Origin: an uncultured Candidatus Saccharibacteria bacterium | GTDB lineage: Bacteria; Patescibacteriota; Saccharimonadia; Saccharimonadales; 2-12-FULL-41-12 | DNA length: 64,000 bases | Direction of reading: 5' to 3' | Assembly: GCA_964404795.1 (NCBI GenBank) | Contig: CAYOLI010000002.1 | Span: 71,766-135,765, forward strand | In this document: positions 1 to 8,425 of the stretch, one piece after another | How positions within the stretch are numbered: the stretch's first letter is position 1 | How the letters are laid out: every line of letters begins with the position of its first letter | Notes under the pieces: generated by a model | Databases searched by the model: none | What the model saw: the letters and a program-made list of their open reading frames with translations, nothing else | What the model was told of the DNA's origin: nothing | Position numbers and translations under genes: made by a program

Positions 1-190
1 GCGTTTGCGTCTAGGTATTGGCCCTAAAACACCAGAGCAAATCGATAGTATCAAGTATGTATTAGGTCAGTTTAGTAAAGAAGATCAGCAAAAAATTGGT
101 GAAGTCCAAAGAGGAGTATATATAATTATCAGCGAGTTTATTCACCAGAAGGGGGTTTTGGAGAGTGAGACTCGGAATTTCGTAAACTAG
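1..190 (+). CDS. pth: peptidyl-tRNA hydrolase, C-terminal fragment (gene begins upstream of window)
   Basis: The frame is open from the window edge. RLRLGIGP...YVLGQFSKED matches the conserved Pth C-terminal pattern (R-x-GIG ... VLG-F-s-x-E). Confidence 0.7.
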   Translation, partial: RLRLGIGPKTPEQIDSIKYVLGQFSKEDQQKIGEVQRGVYIIISEFIHQKGVLESETRNFVN

Positions 191-494
191 GCGTTTGAAA
201 GCGCAAGAATGACTCAATCTGTTCTACCATTGGTGGGCCATTTAATTCGGCAACTTTAAATAAAACTTTCGCATACATTCTGGCTCGATTTTCTAATCGT
301 AACAAATGCGCTCCCTCCATAGTCCCAATTAAAGAATCTTCGGGGTTTATGCGACTCGCAATAATCTCGAACGATTTACAATCAACCTCTCTATACCAAG
401 GTATGTCCTCTATCAGAAACTGTTTGGTGCGTGGCCAACCCATTGCCCTTCGCTCTTTGCGAGTCAATTTGACTTCTTCTCCTCTTAGCTCCAT
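138..494 (-). CDS. hypothetical protein (118 aa)
   Basis: ORF with an AAGGA about 11 nt upstream of the ATG. No recognisable motif. Its 3' end overlaps the pth 3' end convergently by 53 nt and encodes a low-complexity tail, so the true extent is uncertain. Confidence 0.35.
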   Translation of the reverse strand: MELRGEEVKLTRKERRAMGWPRTKQFLIEDIPWYREVDCKSFEIIASRINPEDSLIGTMEGAHLLRLENRARMYAKVLFKVAELNGPPMVEQIESFLRFQTPSLRNSESHSPKPPSGE

Positions 495-555
495 CTATTT
501 TGTCATCCTTAAAGTATTATCGAAAACTATTATTTATCAATTATATTACAGAACT

Positions 556-595
556 AAAAAGAGCCTCCAGAGGGGGTGGGCACCGCTGGAAGCTC
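556..595 (-). terminator. rho-independent terminator-like hairpin
   Basis: A 10-bp stem (595-586 pairs with 570-561) with a 15-nt loop is followed by UUUUU (560-556) on the minus strand. The single non-Watson-Crick pair is G.U on the minus strand but C.A on the plus strand. Confidence 0.55.
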
Positions 596-935
596 ATTTT
601 AGGAGGCATATCATAATGACATACCTCCATAACCCTTCAACCCACCCTTAGACAAAGCGTCAAACACCAAAACTCCAAAGGGTTCGCGCCTCTGCAAAAA
701 AGCAGAATACTTAGCATACTTGTCTATATACAAAGGGAGAAGAAGAATAAATCTTCTTATCAAGTTAAAGGGGTTAGTATGCTTTAGAGCATTCCAAAAA
801 AAAGAATAAGATATACTAGGTGGAGGGTAAATTACCGAGTATTACCTCGTACAACAATATGTACACTCTAAAACAATCTAACATTGGGGTAATGTAATGT
901 ACTTAAGCACAAATAATACTTATCTGAGCTTACGA
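556..935 (-). ncRNA. candidate structured non-coding RNA or long attenuator leader (family unknown)
   Basis: The unit is bounded by a near-consensus promoter (942-970) and the terminator (556-595). No ORF of 60 aa or more occurs in any frame. Several local hairpins are present (602-609/621-628, 691-695/702-706, 740-746/752-758). Confidence 0.3.
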
Positions 936-941
936 ATTGCT

Positions 942-970
942 ATTTTAGCAAAAAGATTGCTTTATGTCAA
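942..970 (-). promoter_or_regulatory. sigma70-type promoter (TTGACA-N17-TAAAAT)
   Basis: Read on the minus strand, TTGACA lies at 970-965, followed by an exact 17-nt spacer and TAAAAT at 947-942. Confidence 0.5.
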
Positions 971-985
971 TATTTATTAAGCTTT

Positions 986-1867
986 TTGCGTATTATGCAA
1001 AATCTATCTAAAATAACCATTACTAATATAAAAGTTGCAGATAAAACATACCCAGAACGTCTAAGACAATTATTTGACCCACCAAATTCTCTAAATTATC
1101 TGGGGGCCAGAGACATTTCTAATCTACTAACCGGCCCTACAGTTGGCATTGTTGGATCGCGCAAAGTAACCCCTTACGGTAGGGAAGTAACTTCGTTGTT
1201 CGCAGCAAAGTTATCAAAAATGGGAGTATGTATTATTAGCGGGCTTGCACTCGGTGTTGACAGTATAGCTCATCGAACGACTTTAGATAACAATGGCTCT
1301 ACCATCGCCGTATTGCCAAGTGGACTAGCGTCGATTTATCCAGCAAGTCATACTACATTAGCAAATAATATTTTACGCTCTGGCGGACTAGTTACCGAGT
1401 ATAGCTCGCGAGAAAAACCAAAAAAATACTATTTTATAGCCCGTAATAGAATAATTGCAGCTTTATCTGATGTACTGCTAGTTACTGAGGCAGCCGAAAG
1501 AAGTGGATCTCTCCATACCGCCGGCTTTGCAATGGATCTTGGAAAAACCGTCTTTGCGGTCCCAGGAAATATTAATAGCCCTAGCAGCAGGGGTGTTAAT
1601 AAGTTAATACAATCTGGGGCACTGCCGGCGCTTGATCCAAACGATATCTTGCAAGAACTAGGCATCGAGCACGTTCCTAGCATAACTTACATGCCTGCTA
1701 ACGAAGTTGAAGATATAATTATAAAGTTGATTAAAAAAAATTCTAATTCAAGCGATTCGCTGGCAGAGCAGACAGGAATTTCGGCAGTGGTTTTACAACA
1801 ACATCTGTCACTACTTGAAATAAAAGGAGTAATCGGAGTTAGTGGCGGGCAATGGTATATTATTTAA
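986..1867 (+). CDS. dprA: DNA processing protein DprA/Smf
   Basis: GIVGSRKVTPYG, ISGLALGVDSIAHR, FIARNRIIAALS, SGSLHTA and FAVPGNI motifs are present. The start is TTG at 986, with an alternative ATG at 995. Confidence 0.9.
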   Translation: MRIMQNLSKITITNIKVADKTYPERLRQLFDPPNSLNYLGARDISNLLTGPTVGIVGSRKVTPYGREVTSLFAAKLSKMGVCIISGLALGVDSIAHRTTLDNNGSTIAVLPSGLASIYPASHTTLANNILRSGGLVTEYSSREKPKKYYFIARNRIIAALSDVLLVTEAAERSGSLHTAGFAMDLGKTVFAVPGNINSPSSRGVNKLIQSGALPALDPNDILQELGIEHVPSITYMPANEVEDIIIKLIKKNSNSSDSLAEQTGISAVVLQQHLSLLEIKGVIGVSGGQWYII

Positions 1868-1936
1868 GTAACTTGAAAAGTAGATATAAACAGTTTACTC
1901 TGTTAGTTTAACCATAAAGGCAGTATTATTTAATAA

Positions 1937-4225
1937 ATGAGCAAACCCAATCTAGTCATTGTCGAGAGTCCCGCAAAAGCAAAAACTATCGAAAAATATC
2001 TTGGTAGTGAATATTCTGTAAGGAGTAGCTTTGGCCATATCCGTGACTTACCAAAAAAGGGTCTTTCAATCGATAAAGATAATAATTTTGAACCAAAATA
2101 CGAAATTGACCCCAGTAAAAAAACACTAATAAATGAGCTCAAACGAGCCGCCAAACAATCGAATAATGTATACCTGGCTAGCGATGAAGATAGAGAAGGA
2201 GAGGCGATTGCCTGGCATCTATGTAAGGCCCTTGGTCTGGATACCAAAAACACAAAACGTATCGTGTTTCACGAAATTACAAAACCAGCCATCGAACACG
2301 CCATTAAAAACCCTCGCATCGTAGACGAAAATTTAGTCAATGCTCAGCAAGCTAGAAGAGTACTCGACAGACTAGTAGGGTATGAGCTGTCCCCGGTTTT
2401 ATGGAAAAAAGTTAAAACTGGGCTTAGCGCTGGACGCGTTCAATCTGTTGCAGTTCGACTAATCGTTGAAAGAGAAAGAGAAATTGCAAGGTTTAAATCA
2501 ACGGCAAAATTTAAAATTATTGCCTATTTTAATGTTAAAGAAAAAGAGTTAAAAGCCGAACTTCAAAAAAATATAGATAGTCAAGAAAAGGCAGAAGAGC
2601 TGCTAAACACCTTCAAGAACTCGGTTTTTTCTGTCGATGAAATCACAAAAAAATCTGGCACACGAAGTCCTAGCCCGCCGTTTATAACTAGCAGTTTACA
2701 ACAAGAGGCATCATCAAAGCTCGGTTTTAGCGTTAAGCAAACCATGATGCTTGCCCAAAGATTGTACGAGAACGGTCACATTACATACATGCGTACCGAT
2801 AGTACTAACCTATCTACGTCGGCTCTAGCAGATAGCAAAAAATATATAACATCAATACTTGGCCCAGAGTACCATCAATCAAGACAGTACAAAACTAAAA
2901 GTGTTGGCGCCCAAGAGGCACATGAAGCAATCCGACCCAGTAGTTTTTCGACTACATCTGCCGGCGACGATAGCAAACAAAAAAAATTGTATGAACTCAT
3001 TTGGCGACGAGCTCTTGCCAGCCAAATGTCGAGTGCCAAATTCGACAGGACAGAGCTAACAATCAAAGCCAACAATACTACTGAGGTTTTTGTTGCTAAA
3101 GGCGAAATTATGACTTTTGACGGGTTTCAAAAAATTTATAAAAATGTCAAAGAAGATATAATTTTACCAAAAGTCACCAAAAATGACACTTTACCTATTA
3201 ACCAAGTAGTAGCTACCCAGTCGTACGACAGACCACCAGCACGCTACTCTGAGGCATCACTAGTAAAAGGACTAGAAGAACTCGGTATTGGGCGACCTAG
3301 CACCTATGCTCCAACAATATCAACTATTCAAACTAGAGGATATATAGAAAAACGAGATTCCGAGGGTACGCTCGTCGATTTGGTACGAATTACACTGAAA
3401 AATGGCAAGATCAAAAAAGACAGCGTGCAAAAAACATCAGGAGTAGAGAAAGGCAAGCTAGTGCCAACCCACTTAGCCGATATTACTACCGATTTTTTGA
3501 TGCAATATTTTGGACCAATTGTTGATTATAAGTTTACAGCTCGAGCCGAAGACGACTTTGACAAAATCGCAGACGGTAAACACGAGTGGCATCAGATGAT
3601 AAAAGATTTCTATAAGGACTTTTTTCCTTTGATTGAAAAATCTGACAGCGCAAGTCGCCAAGAGACAAGCAAAGCCCGCATCTTAGGTAAAGATCCCAAG
3701 ACCAACAAGCCAATCATCGCAAGATACGGCCGATATGGAGGAATGCTACAAATGGGCGAGGTAGAGTCAGAAGAAAAGCCCAAGTTTGCCACATTGCCAG
3801 CTGGTACCACTGTAGAGAACGTCACTCTAGATAAAGCACTAGAGATGTTCAAACTACCAAAAGATATCGGTTTTACCGAAGACGGCAAGCCGATAAAGGC
3901 CAGCATTGGACGTTTTGGGCCATACATTCAAGTTGAGGGCCTATTTGTCTCGATAAAACCACACGATCCGCTCACCATTACCGAAGACCAAGCCAGAGAA
4001 CTCTATGCAGAAAAACTACAAAAAGACGCAAAAAAAATAATAAATAAATTTGAAGACGGGCTAGCGGTACTTAGAGGTCCCTATGGACCATACGTAACAG
4101 ACGGCAAAAAAAATGCTCGGTTACCTAAAGACATTGATCCTGAGAAAATAGATCAAAAAGAGATAATTAAACTCCTTGAAACAGCACCTGCTAGAAAATC
4201 CAGACGCTTTAAAAAAAGAAAATAG
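1937..4225 (+). CDS. topA: DNA topoisomerase I (type IA)
   Basis: The N-terminus is a TOPRIM domain (LVIVESPAKAKTIEKYLG) with DEDREGE. The active-site region reads YITYMRTDS. The C-terminus has Cys-free GRFGPY/GPYGPY repeats and a lysine-rich tail. Confidence 0.95.
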   Translation: MSKPNLVIVESPAKAKTIEKYLGSEYSVRSSFGHIRDLPKKGLSIDKDNNFEPKYEIDPSKKTLINELKRAAKQSNNVYLASDEDREGEAIAWHLCKALGLDTKNTKRIVFHEITKPAIEHAIKNPRIVDENLVNAQQARRVLDRLVGYELSPVLWKKVKTGLSAGRVQSVAVRLIVEREREIARFKSTAKFKIIAYFNVKEKELKAELQKNIDSQEKAEELLNTFKNSVFSVDEITKKSGTRSPSPPFITSSLQQEASSKLGFSVKQTMMLAQRLYENGHITYMRTDSTNLSTSALADSKKYITSILGPEYHQSRQYKTKSVGAQEAHEAIRPSSFSTTSAGDDSKQKKLYELIWRRALASQMSSAKFDRTELTIKANNTTEVFVAKGEIMTFDGFQKIYKNVKEDIILPKVTKNDTLPINQVVATQSYDRPPARYSEASLVKGLEELGIGRPSTYAPTISTIQTRGYIEKRDSEGTLVDLVRITLKNGKIKKDSVQKTSGVEKGKLVPTHLADITTDFLMQYFGPIVDYKFTARAEDDFDKIADGKHEWHQMIKDFYKDFFPLIEKSDSASRQETSKARILGKDPKTNKPIIARYGRYGGMLQMGEVESEEKPKFATLPAGTTVENVTLDKALEMFKLPKDIGFTEDGKPIKASIGRFGPYIQVEGLFVSIKPHDPLTITEDQARELYAEKLQKDAKKIINKFEDGLAVLRGPYGPYVTDGKKNARLPKDIDPEKIDQKEIIKLLETAPARKSRRFKKRK

Positions 4226-4295
4226 CAGCTAGTTCACATATTGGACATAGTTGTTTATTTAGTGGTACAATATGAAAGTTATGAGGGGGCGATGC

Positions 4296-4324
4296 TTGAC
4301 TTATTTTAATTCGAGTGTCATAAT
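4296..4324 (+). promoter_or_regulatory. putative sigma70-type promoter (TTGACT-N17-CATAAT)
   Basis: TTGACT lies at 4296-4301, followed by a 17-nt spacer and CATAAT at 4319-4324, about 50 nt upstream of the 4376 start. Confidence 0.35.
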
Positions 4325-4375
4325 AGGTATAGTACACATATAGAACTCGAGAAATGCAAGGAACACCGAATTAAT

Positions 4376-5404
4376 ATGACTCAAAAGCAAATAGAAGACG
4401 CTATAAAATCTATTCTTGAAAGTATCGAAAAAGATCGAGAACGAGAAATTGTGGCTAGAAGATACGGGCTATTTGATCGCCGAGAAACGTTAGAACAAAT
4501 TGGCGAAATGCTAGGAATTACTAGAGAGCGAGTAAGACAGTTGGAGAAGGTGATTGTTGCCAGATTGAAAGAAAACGCCAAAAAAGGCAATTTAAAGCCA
4601 GTTGGTACTTATAACAAACAACTTCTAGATGCACTTACCGAGCTAGGAAACGTGGCACGCGTTAGCACACTTGTTAAATACCTAACAGGGGAGAGAGGGA
4701 CAAAAATTGATGAAGCAAGAATTGCTTTTATTGCCGATTTGTCTCCGGACATAAGCTTGATATCCGACACAGACCATCATTATCAGTCGGTGGCTATCAC
4801 CAAAGTACATGACGAAAAAAAAGTCCAAAAATCGGTTTTAAAAATTGTTGAAGCGGTAAAATCACTCGGAGAGCCACAACCAATATCTAAAATCACCGAA
4901 GTAACTGGCAACAAAGACGACAAACATGTCGAAGCTCTTTCAAGTACTTCTAAAAATCTAGCGACTCTAGGTGGAATGTGGGGGCTTGTAAAATGGCCAA
5001 CTGTTAACCCCAAGAACATCAGAGACAAAATATACGTAATATTGCAACAAAATGGCAAACACATGCACTTCAATGAAATTGCCGAAGCAATCAAACAATC
5101 TGACTTTAAGCGCAAAGATGTTACTACTCAAGCAATTCACAATGAACTTATAAAAGACAAGCGATTTGTGCTAGTTGGGCGAGGCATATATGCCTTACGA
5201 GAATGGGGTTATAAAAATGGTACAGTAGCGGATATCATTACCGACGTCTTAAAAAAGGCAAACAAGCCACTCCATAGAGACGAAATAGTTAAAGAAGTTT
5301 TAAAAAGTCGTTACGTCAAAGAAACCACAATTTTGCTAAATTTGCAGGGCAAAGACCAATTTAAACGAGTTGCCAAGGCCACCTACGAACTTCAAGAGGC
5401 CTAA
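4376..5404 (+). CDS. DNA-binding protein: sigma-70 region-4-like HTH fused to a C-terminal HARE-HTH (RNAP delta-like) domain
   Basis: The N-terminus (ETLEQIGEMLGITRERVRQLEK) is a classic sigma region 4.2 HTH. The C-terminus (IYVILQQNGKHMHFNEIAEAI...DKRFVLVGRGIYALREWGY) fits the HARE-HTH pattern. Confidence 0.7.
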   Translation: MTQKQIEDAIKSILESIEKDREREIVARRYGLFDRRETLEQIGEMLGITRERVRQLEKVIVARLKENAKKGNLKPVGTYNKQLLDALTELGNVARVSTLVKYLTGERGTKIDEARIAFIADLSPDISLISDTDHHYQSVAITKVHDEKKVQKSVLKIVEAVKSLGEPQPISKITEVTGNKDDKHVEALSSTSKNLATLGGMWGLVKWPTVNPKNIRDKIYVILQQNGKHMHFNEIAEAIKQSDFKRKDVTTQAIHNELIKDKRFVLVGRGIYALREWGYKNGTVADIITDVLKKANKPLHRDEIVKEVLKSRYVKETTILLNLQGKDQFKRVAKATYELQEA

Positions 5405-5514
5405 GGGTATATATACCTAGCTTTTTTGAATTTTTTTCTTGATCCTGTGCGACAACACCGTCATAGATTGGTATTTCGTCTAACCCAAGAGTTTAAGCTG
5501 TTTCATCTGGGTTT

Positions 5515-5775
5515 TTGGTGTATTATCTAGGTATGTATTGGTATGCAGGGATTGCTTTTGTGGTTGGGTGTGCGATTGTGGCACATCAGTTGAAAGAACT
5601 TCTGTTTTACGATTGGACATCGATGGACGACAAGCAATATGGCGAGTCGATAAGAAGACAGGTGCTTGGTCGTTTAATTGCGTTAGCGTTTGCTTTTACC
5701 CTGATTCTTTTTGCTCTATCGCTTGTTGTAATTGTCGAGGTGGTGATGCCAGTTGTTGTGAAGCATTTCAAGTAA
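5515..5775 (+). CDS. small membrane protein (two predicted TM segments)
   Basis: The ORF (TTG start at 5515, or ATG at 5533) encodes two hydrophobic stretches separated by a charged loop. No homolog was recognised. Confidence 0.4.
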   Translation: MVYYLGMYWYAGIAFVVGCAIVAHQLKELLFYDWTSMDDKQYGESIRRQVLGRLIALAFAFTLILFALSLVVIVEVVMPVVVKHFK

Positions 5776-5782
5776 ATAAAAA

Positions 5783-5799
5783 GAACAAATTACGAACAA
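5783..5799. repeat. 17-mer GAACAAATTACGAACAA, copy 1
   Basis: Identical to 6302-6318 in the same orientation. Internally it is GAACAA-N5-GAACAA, an 11-bp period. Confidence 0.9.
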
Positions 5800-6301
5800 T
5801 AAAATCAAACGATTTTTTAACAAAAAGCGCGAACAAGTAGCATGAGCTAGCTATTTGATGGGGCAAGGGTAGAATAAAATTAGGAAAGAATATAAAACTT
5901 AACGAATCAAAAAACAAAATCATAAACAAAAAAAAGGGTATGTATTTGAAGATCAACGTTATGTCGCACAATGTATATTTTGCGACTTGCAATAAGATGT
6001 ATTAAATAACCACTAGCACCTCTTTGCTATAGGGGAGAATCAAGTTTATTACTTATAAGCTAGTTACTTTTCATTCGACTAGTAACTGATCAATTTTACC
6101 CGCTGGTATTCCTAAATACATTTGATTCCGCTAATTTAACACAAACATATAGTTTTCCACATGTGAATTTGCATTATTTCACGTTTTATTTAGTTTTATA
6201 TTTTTTCTTTGTCCCCTCTCCTTTTTTTGTATTTTGTAAAATATTTGACATTACCTAATACAAGTTATGTAGTTAACAAAGTTTTAGATTATTGTGAATA
6301 C

Positions 6302-6318
6302 GAACAAATTACGAACAA
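6302..6318. repeat. 17-mer GAACAAATTACGAACAA, copy 2
   Basis: Identical to 5783-5799. The two copies bracket the 563-nt non-coding gap. Confidence 0.9.
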
Positions 6319-6338
6319 GAATAGTGTAGAAGTGGGGG

Positions 6339-7232
6339 TTATCTGACAAATGCCTTTTCCGGTACTCGTACATCAATATATTCTTTCGGTGTTTCGCCAC
6401 TGTCTGTCAGTTTTTCTTTTACTGCAAAGTAGGTACCTATACTCTGCCTTGCGTTGGTCTCTATACTAAATTTAACAAAATATGAAGGATTATCTGAAAA
6501 CTTTGCATGGATTTCTACCCCATTCGCCATTAACTCTAATGTGTCTAGTGTAGTACCCTTATTTTTTGCTTGCAGATATATTTCTCTAACATAGTTCACC
6601 TGGACCGTAGTTAGCGCTGCCCCACCCTTCCCTGTTTCGCGTTGAGAATTATCTATCACTACCGGAAAATTATCTATTTGTTGCGATTGTTGCTTGTCAT
6701 TAATATTACAGAGTACTTTACCGTGCACACTTACCAGATATGTCTCTCCCTGGCTCTGTAGCAACAATGCCGGATCGGCTGTTCGGTATTCTACTAACGC
6801 TCGATGTTGCAATAGTCCAGTCAAAATTTTGACATTTTCAAGTTCTGGCAAATCATTACCTATTTGGCCAACTATTTTATCTTTATTAATTGTTAGCTTT
6901 GTTCTATTTAAAATTGACTGGTCATAAATATTATTTATTTTGTCTTGGTAATTTTTGAGATTACAGGCCGAGTTATGATTAGCTACCTTAATATCGACTT
7001 TTGAATCGAGCAAGATTAACCGCACCACAACTCCAAAGAGTACAAACAGACAAATTAAAATAACTACTTTGCTAAAACGTTGATTATTTATGATTTTATC
7101 ATCAGAAACTGTACCCCTGTTAAATGCCCTGTCTTTAGATTTTCTAGAAGATCTATAAGAAAATATTGGCTGATTTTGATAATTTATATCTTTTGGTTGC
7201 CTTTTTTGTAGTTTATTTTTCTTAAAAAACAT
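6339..7232 (-). CDS. ftsQ: cell division protein FtsQ/DivIB-like (POTRA domain)
   Basis: The protein has a basic N-terminus, a single TM segment (VVILICLFVLFGVVV) and an extracytoplasmic POTRA-like region. It lies directly downstream of murG in the dcw cluster. Confidence 0.6.
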   Translation of the reverse strand: MFFKKNKLQKRQPKDINYQNQPIFSYRSSRKSKDRAFNRGTVSDDKIINNQRFSKVVILICLFVLFGVVVRLILLDSKVDIKVANHNSACNLKNYQDKINNIYDQSILNRTKLTINKDKIVGQIGNDLPELENVKILTGLLQHRALVEYRTADPALLLQSQGETYLVSVHGKVLCNINDKQQSQQIDNFPVVIDNSQRETGKGGAALTTVQVNYVREIYLQAKNKGTTLDTLELMANGVEIHAKFSDNPSYFVKFSIETNARQSIGTYFAVKEKLTDSGETPKEYIDVRVPEKAFVR

Positions 7233-7249
7233 AGTTGACTAAGCCAAGA

Positions 7250-8425
7250 TTACTTATTACCTGGCCCTTTGGCATATTGTAGTAGTAACTTGCAAATTTT
7301 AGCAGTTGCGTCACTGGGTATTAAACGGTGAAGATTGTCTGCAATTCTTTTTTGCTGATTTTTATCATTTAATAGAGAGCTAACAACTTTATAAAAACTC
7401 GCCGTTTGAGCCGCATCTTCTTCGTTAGCCACAACGGCTGCATCTGCCTTTTCTAAAGCTTTGACATTTATTAGTTGATGCCCTCCACTTAAAAACGGGC
7501 TAGGCACAATCAAGCAGGGCTTTTTTTGAGTAGCATATTCGGTAATAGCAGTAGCACCGCCCCTGGTGATTATTACGTCCGACGCCGCCGAATAAGTTGA
7601 TAAATTATTGATAAACGACTTAACTTCGACTTTATTCTTAAGCCCATCTGGCAAATCATCATATAAATGTTGGTTACCTGCGCCTATTTGATGCACGATC
7701 CGAAGGTGTTGGTTGTTTTCTAACAGTTTTTGGGCAATCGATCTGACTGATACATCTAACCTCTGTGCACCATTACTGCCTCCCGTGACCAAGAGTATAT
7801 TATCTGAATTTGAAAAACCCAGCTGCTTCTTTGCTTTCAATTGCTGACTTTTTGAAACGGGCCGAAACGTGTCGTCAATTGGTACGCCAACAAAGTCAGT
7901 TTTTTCTTTGGCATAATTATAATTTTCTGCTGGCATGCCAACCGTGTTAATTTTGGCTCCTTTGCCAATTATTCTATTGGCGAGCCCTGCCAAGGCGTCA
8001 GAATCGTGGGTGATATAAGGTATGTCAAACATGTTTGCAGCAAGTCCAACTGGTACGCCAACAAAGCCACCTTTTATAAAGATGACATCTGGCTTTTCCA
8101 TGATTAAAAGTTTTACACTTTGAGCCAGCCCTACTAAAAATTTAAAAAAATCACGGATGTTAAGCAGATTGGTTTTTACATCCAATATGCTTTTTGCTAC
8201 AGATTGCCCATGGTAACGCCTATACTTGCCTGCAGATATTGTATAAATGGTGTTAAAATGTGCGTTGTTGGCTCTAATCATCGGCAAAAATTTACCTTTT
8301 TTTTCAGAGACAACAGATATAACTACATCTGACTGAACAAGTCGTAATTGTTTAGCGATCGATAGAAGAGGCGTAATATGTCCGCCGCTTCCCCCGCCGA
8401 CTAGCATAATCTTCACTAGCATCAT
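7250..8425 (-). CDS. murG: UDP-GlcNAc:lipid I N-acetylglucosaminyltransferase MurG
   Basis: VGGGSGGHITP is the G-loop, with TGGSNGAQ and ITRGGATAITE also present. The start at 8425 overlaps the ftsW 3' end by 74 nt, and 8407 is an alternative start. Confidence 0.9.
   Translation of the reverse strand: MMLVKIMLVGGGSGGHITPLLSIAKQLRLVQSDVVISVVSEKKGKFLPMIRANNAHFNTIYTISAGKYRRYHGQSVAKSILDVKTNLLNIRDFFKFLVGLAQSVKLLIMEKPDVIFIKGGFVGVPVGLAANMFDIPYITHDSDALAGLANRIIGKGAKINTVGMPAENYNYAKEKTDFVGVPIDDTFRPVSKSQQLKAKKQLGFSNSDNILLVTGGSNGAQRLDVSVRSIAQKLLENNQHLRIVHQIGAGNQHLYDDLPDGLKNKVEVKSFINNLSTYSAASDVIITRGGATAITEYATQKKPCLIVPSPFLSGGHQLINVKALEKADAAVVANEEDAAQTASFYKVVSSLLNDKNQQKRIADNLHRLIPSDATAKICKLLLQYAKGPGNK

Noticed and set aside
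571-587. The plus-strand string GGGTGGGCACCGC resembles the T-box antiterminator consensus (GGGUGGUACCGCG).
   Set aside because: It has an extra base and mismatches. The enclosing hairpin is followed by a U-tract only on the minus strand, and its wobble pair is valid only on the minus strand. No aaRS or amino-acid gene lies downstream on the plus strand.
556-935. I considered whether the candidate RNA is tmRNA, RNase P RNA, SRP RNA or 6S RNA.
   Set aside because: I could not find the tRNA-like acceptor/T-arm (GGTTCGA...CCA) with a tag ORF, the RNase P P4 strings (GAGGAAAGTCC / ACAGAA) or the SRP domain IV motif. The family is left unassigned rather than named.
5768-5992. A 74-aa minus-strand ORF in the large non-coding gap.
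   Set aside because: It is extremely Phe/Leu/Ile-rich as a by-product of A/T-rich sequence. It has no SD and overlaps the end of the convergent 86-aa ORF. It is not credible as a gene.
8352-8425. The 74-nt overlap between ftsW and murG, considered as a possible gene fusion or frameshift.
   Set aside because: The two genes are in different frames, and both have complete, normal termini. An alternative murG start at 8407 shortens the overlap. Overlapping junctions are routine in this genome.
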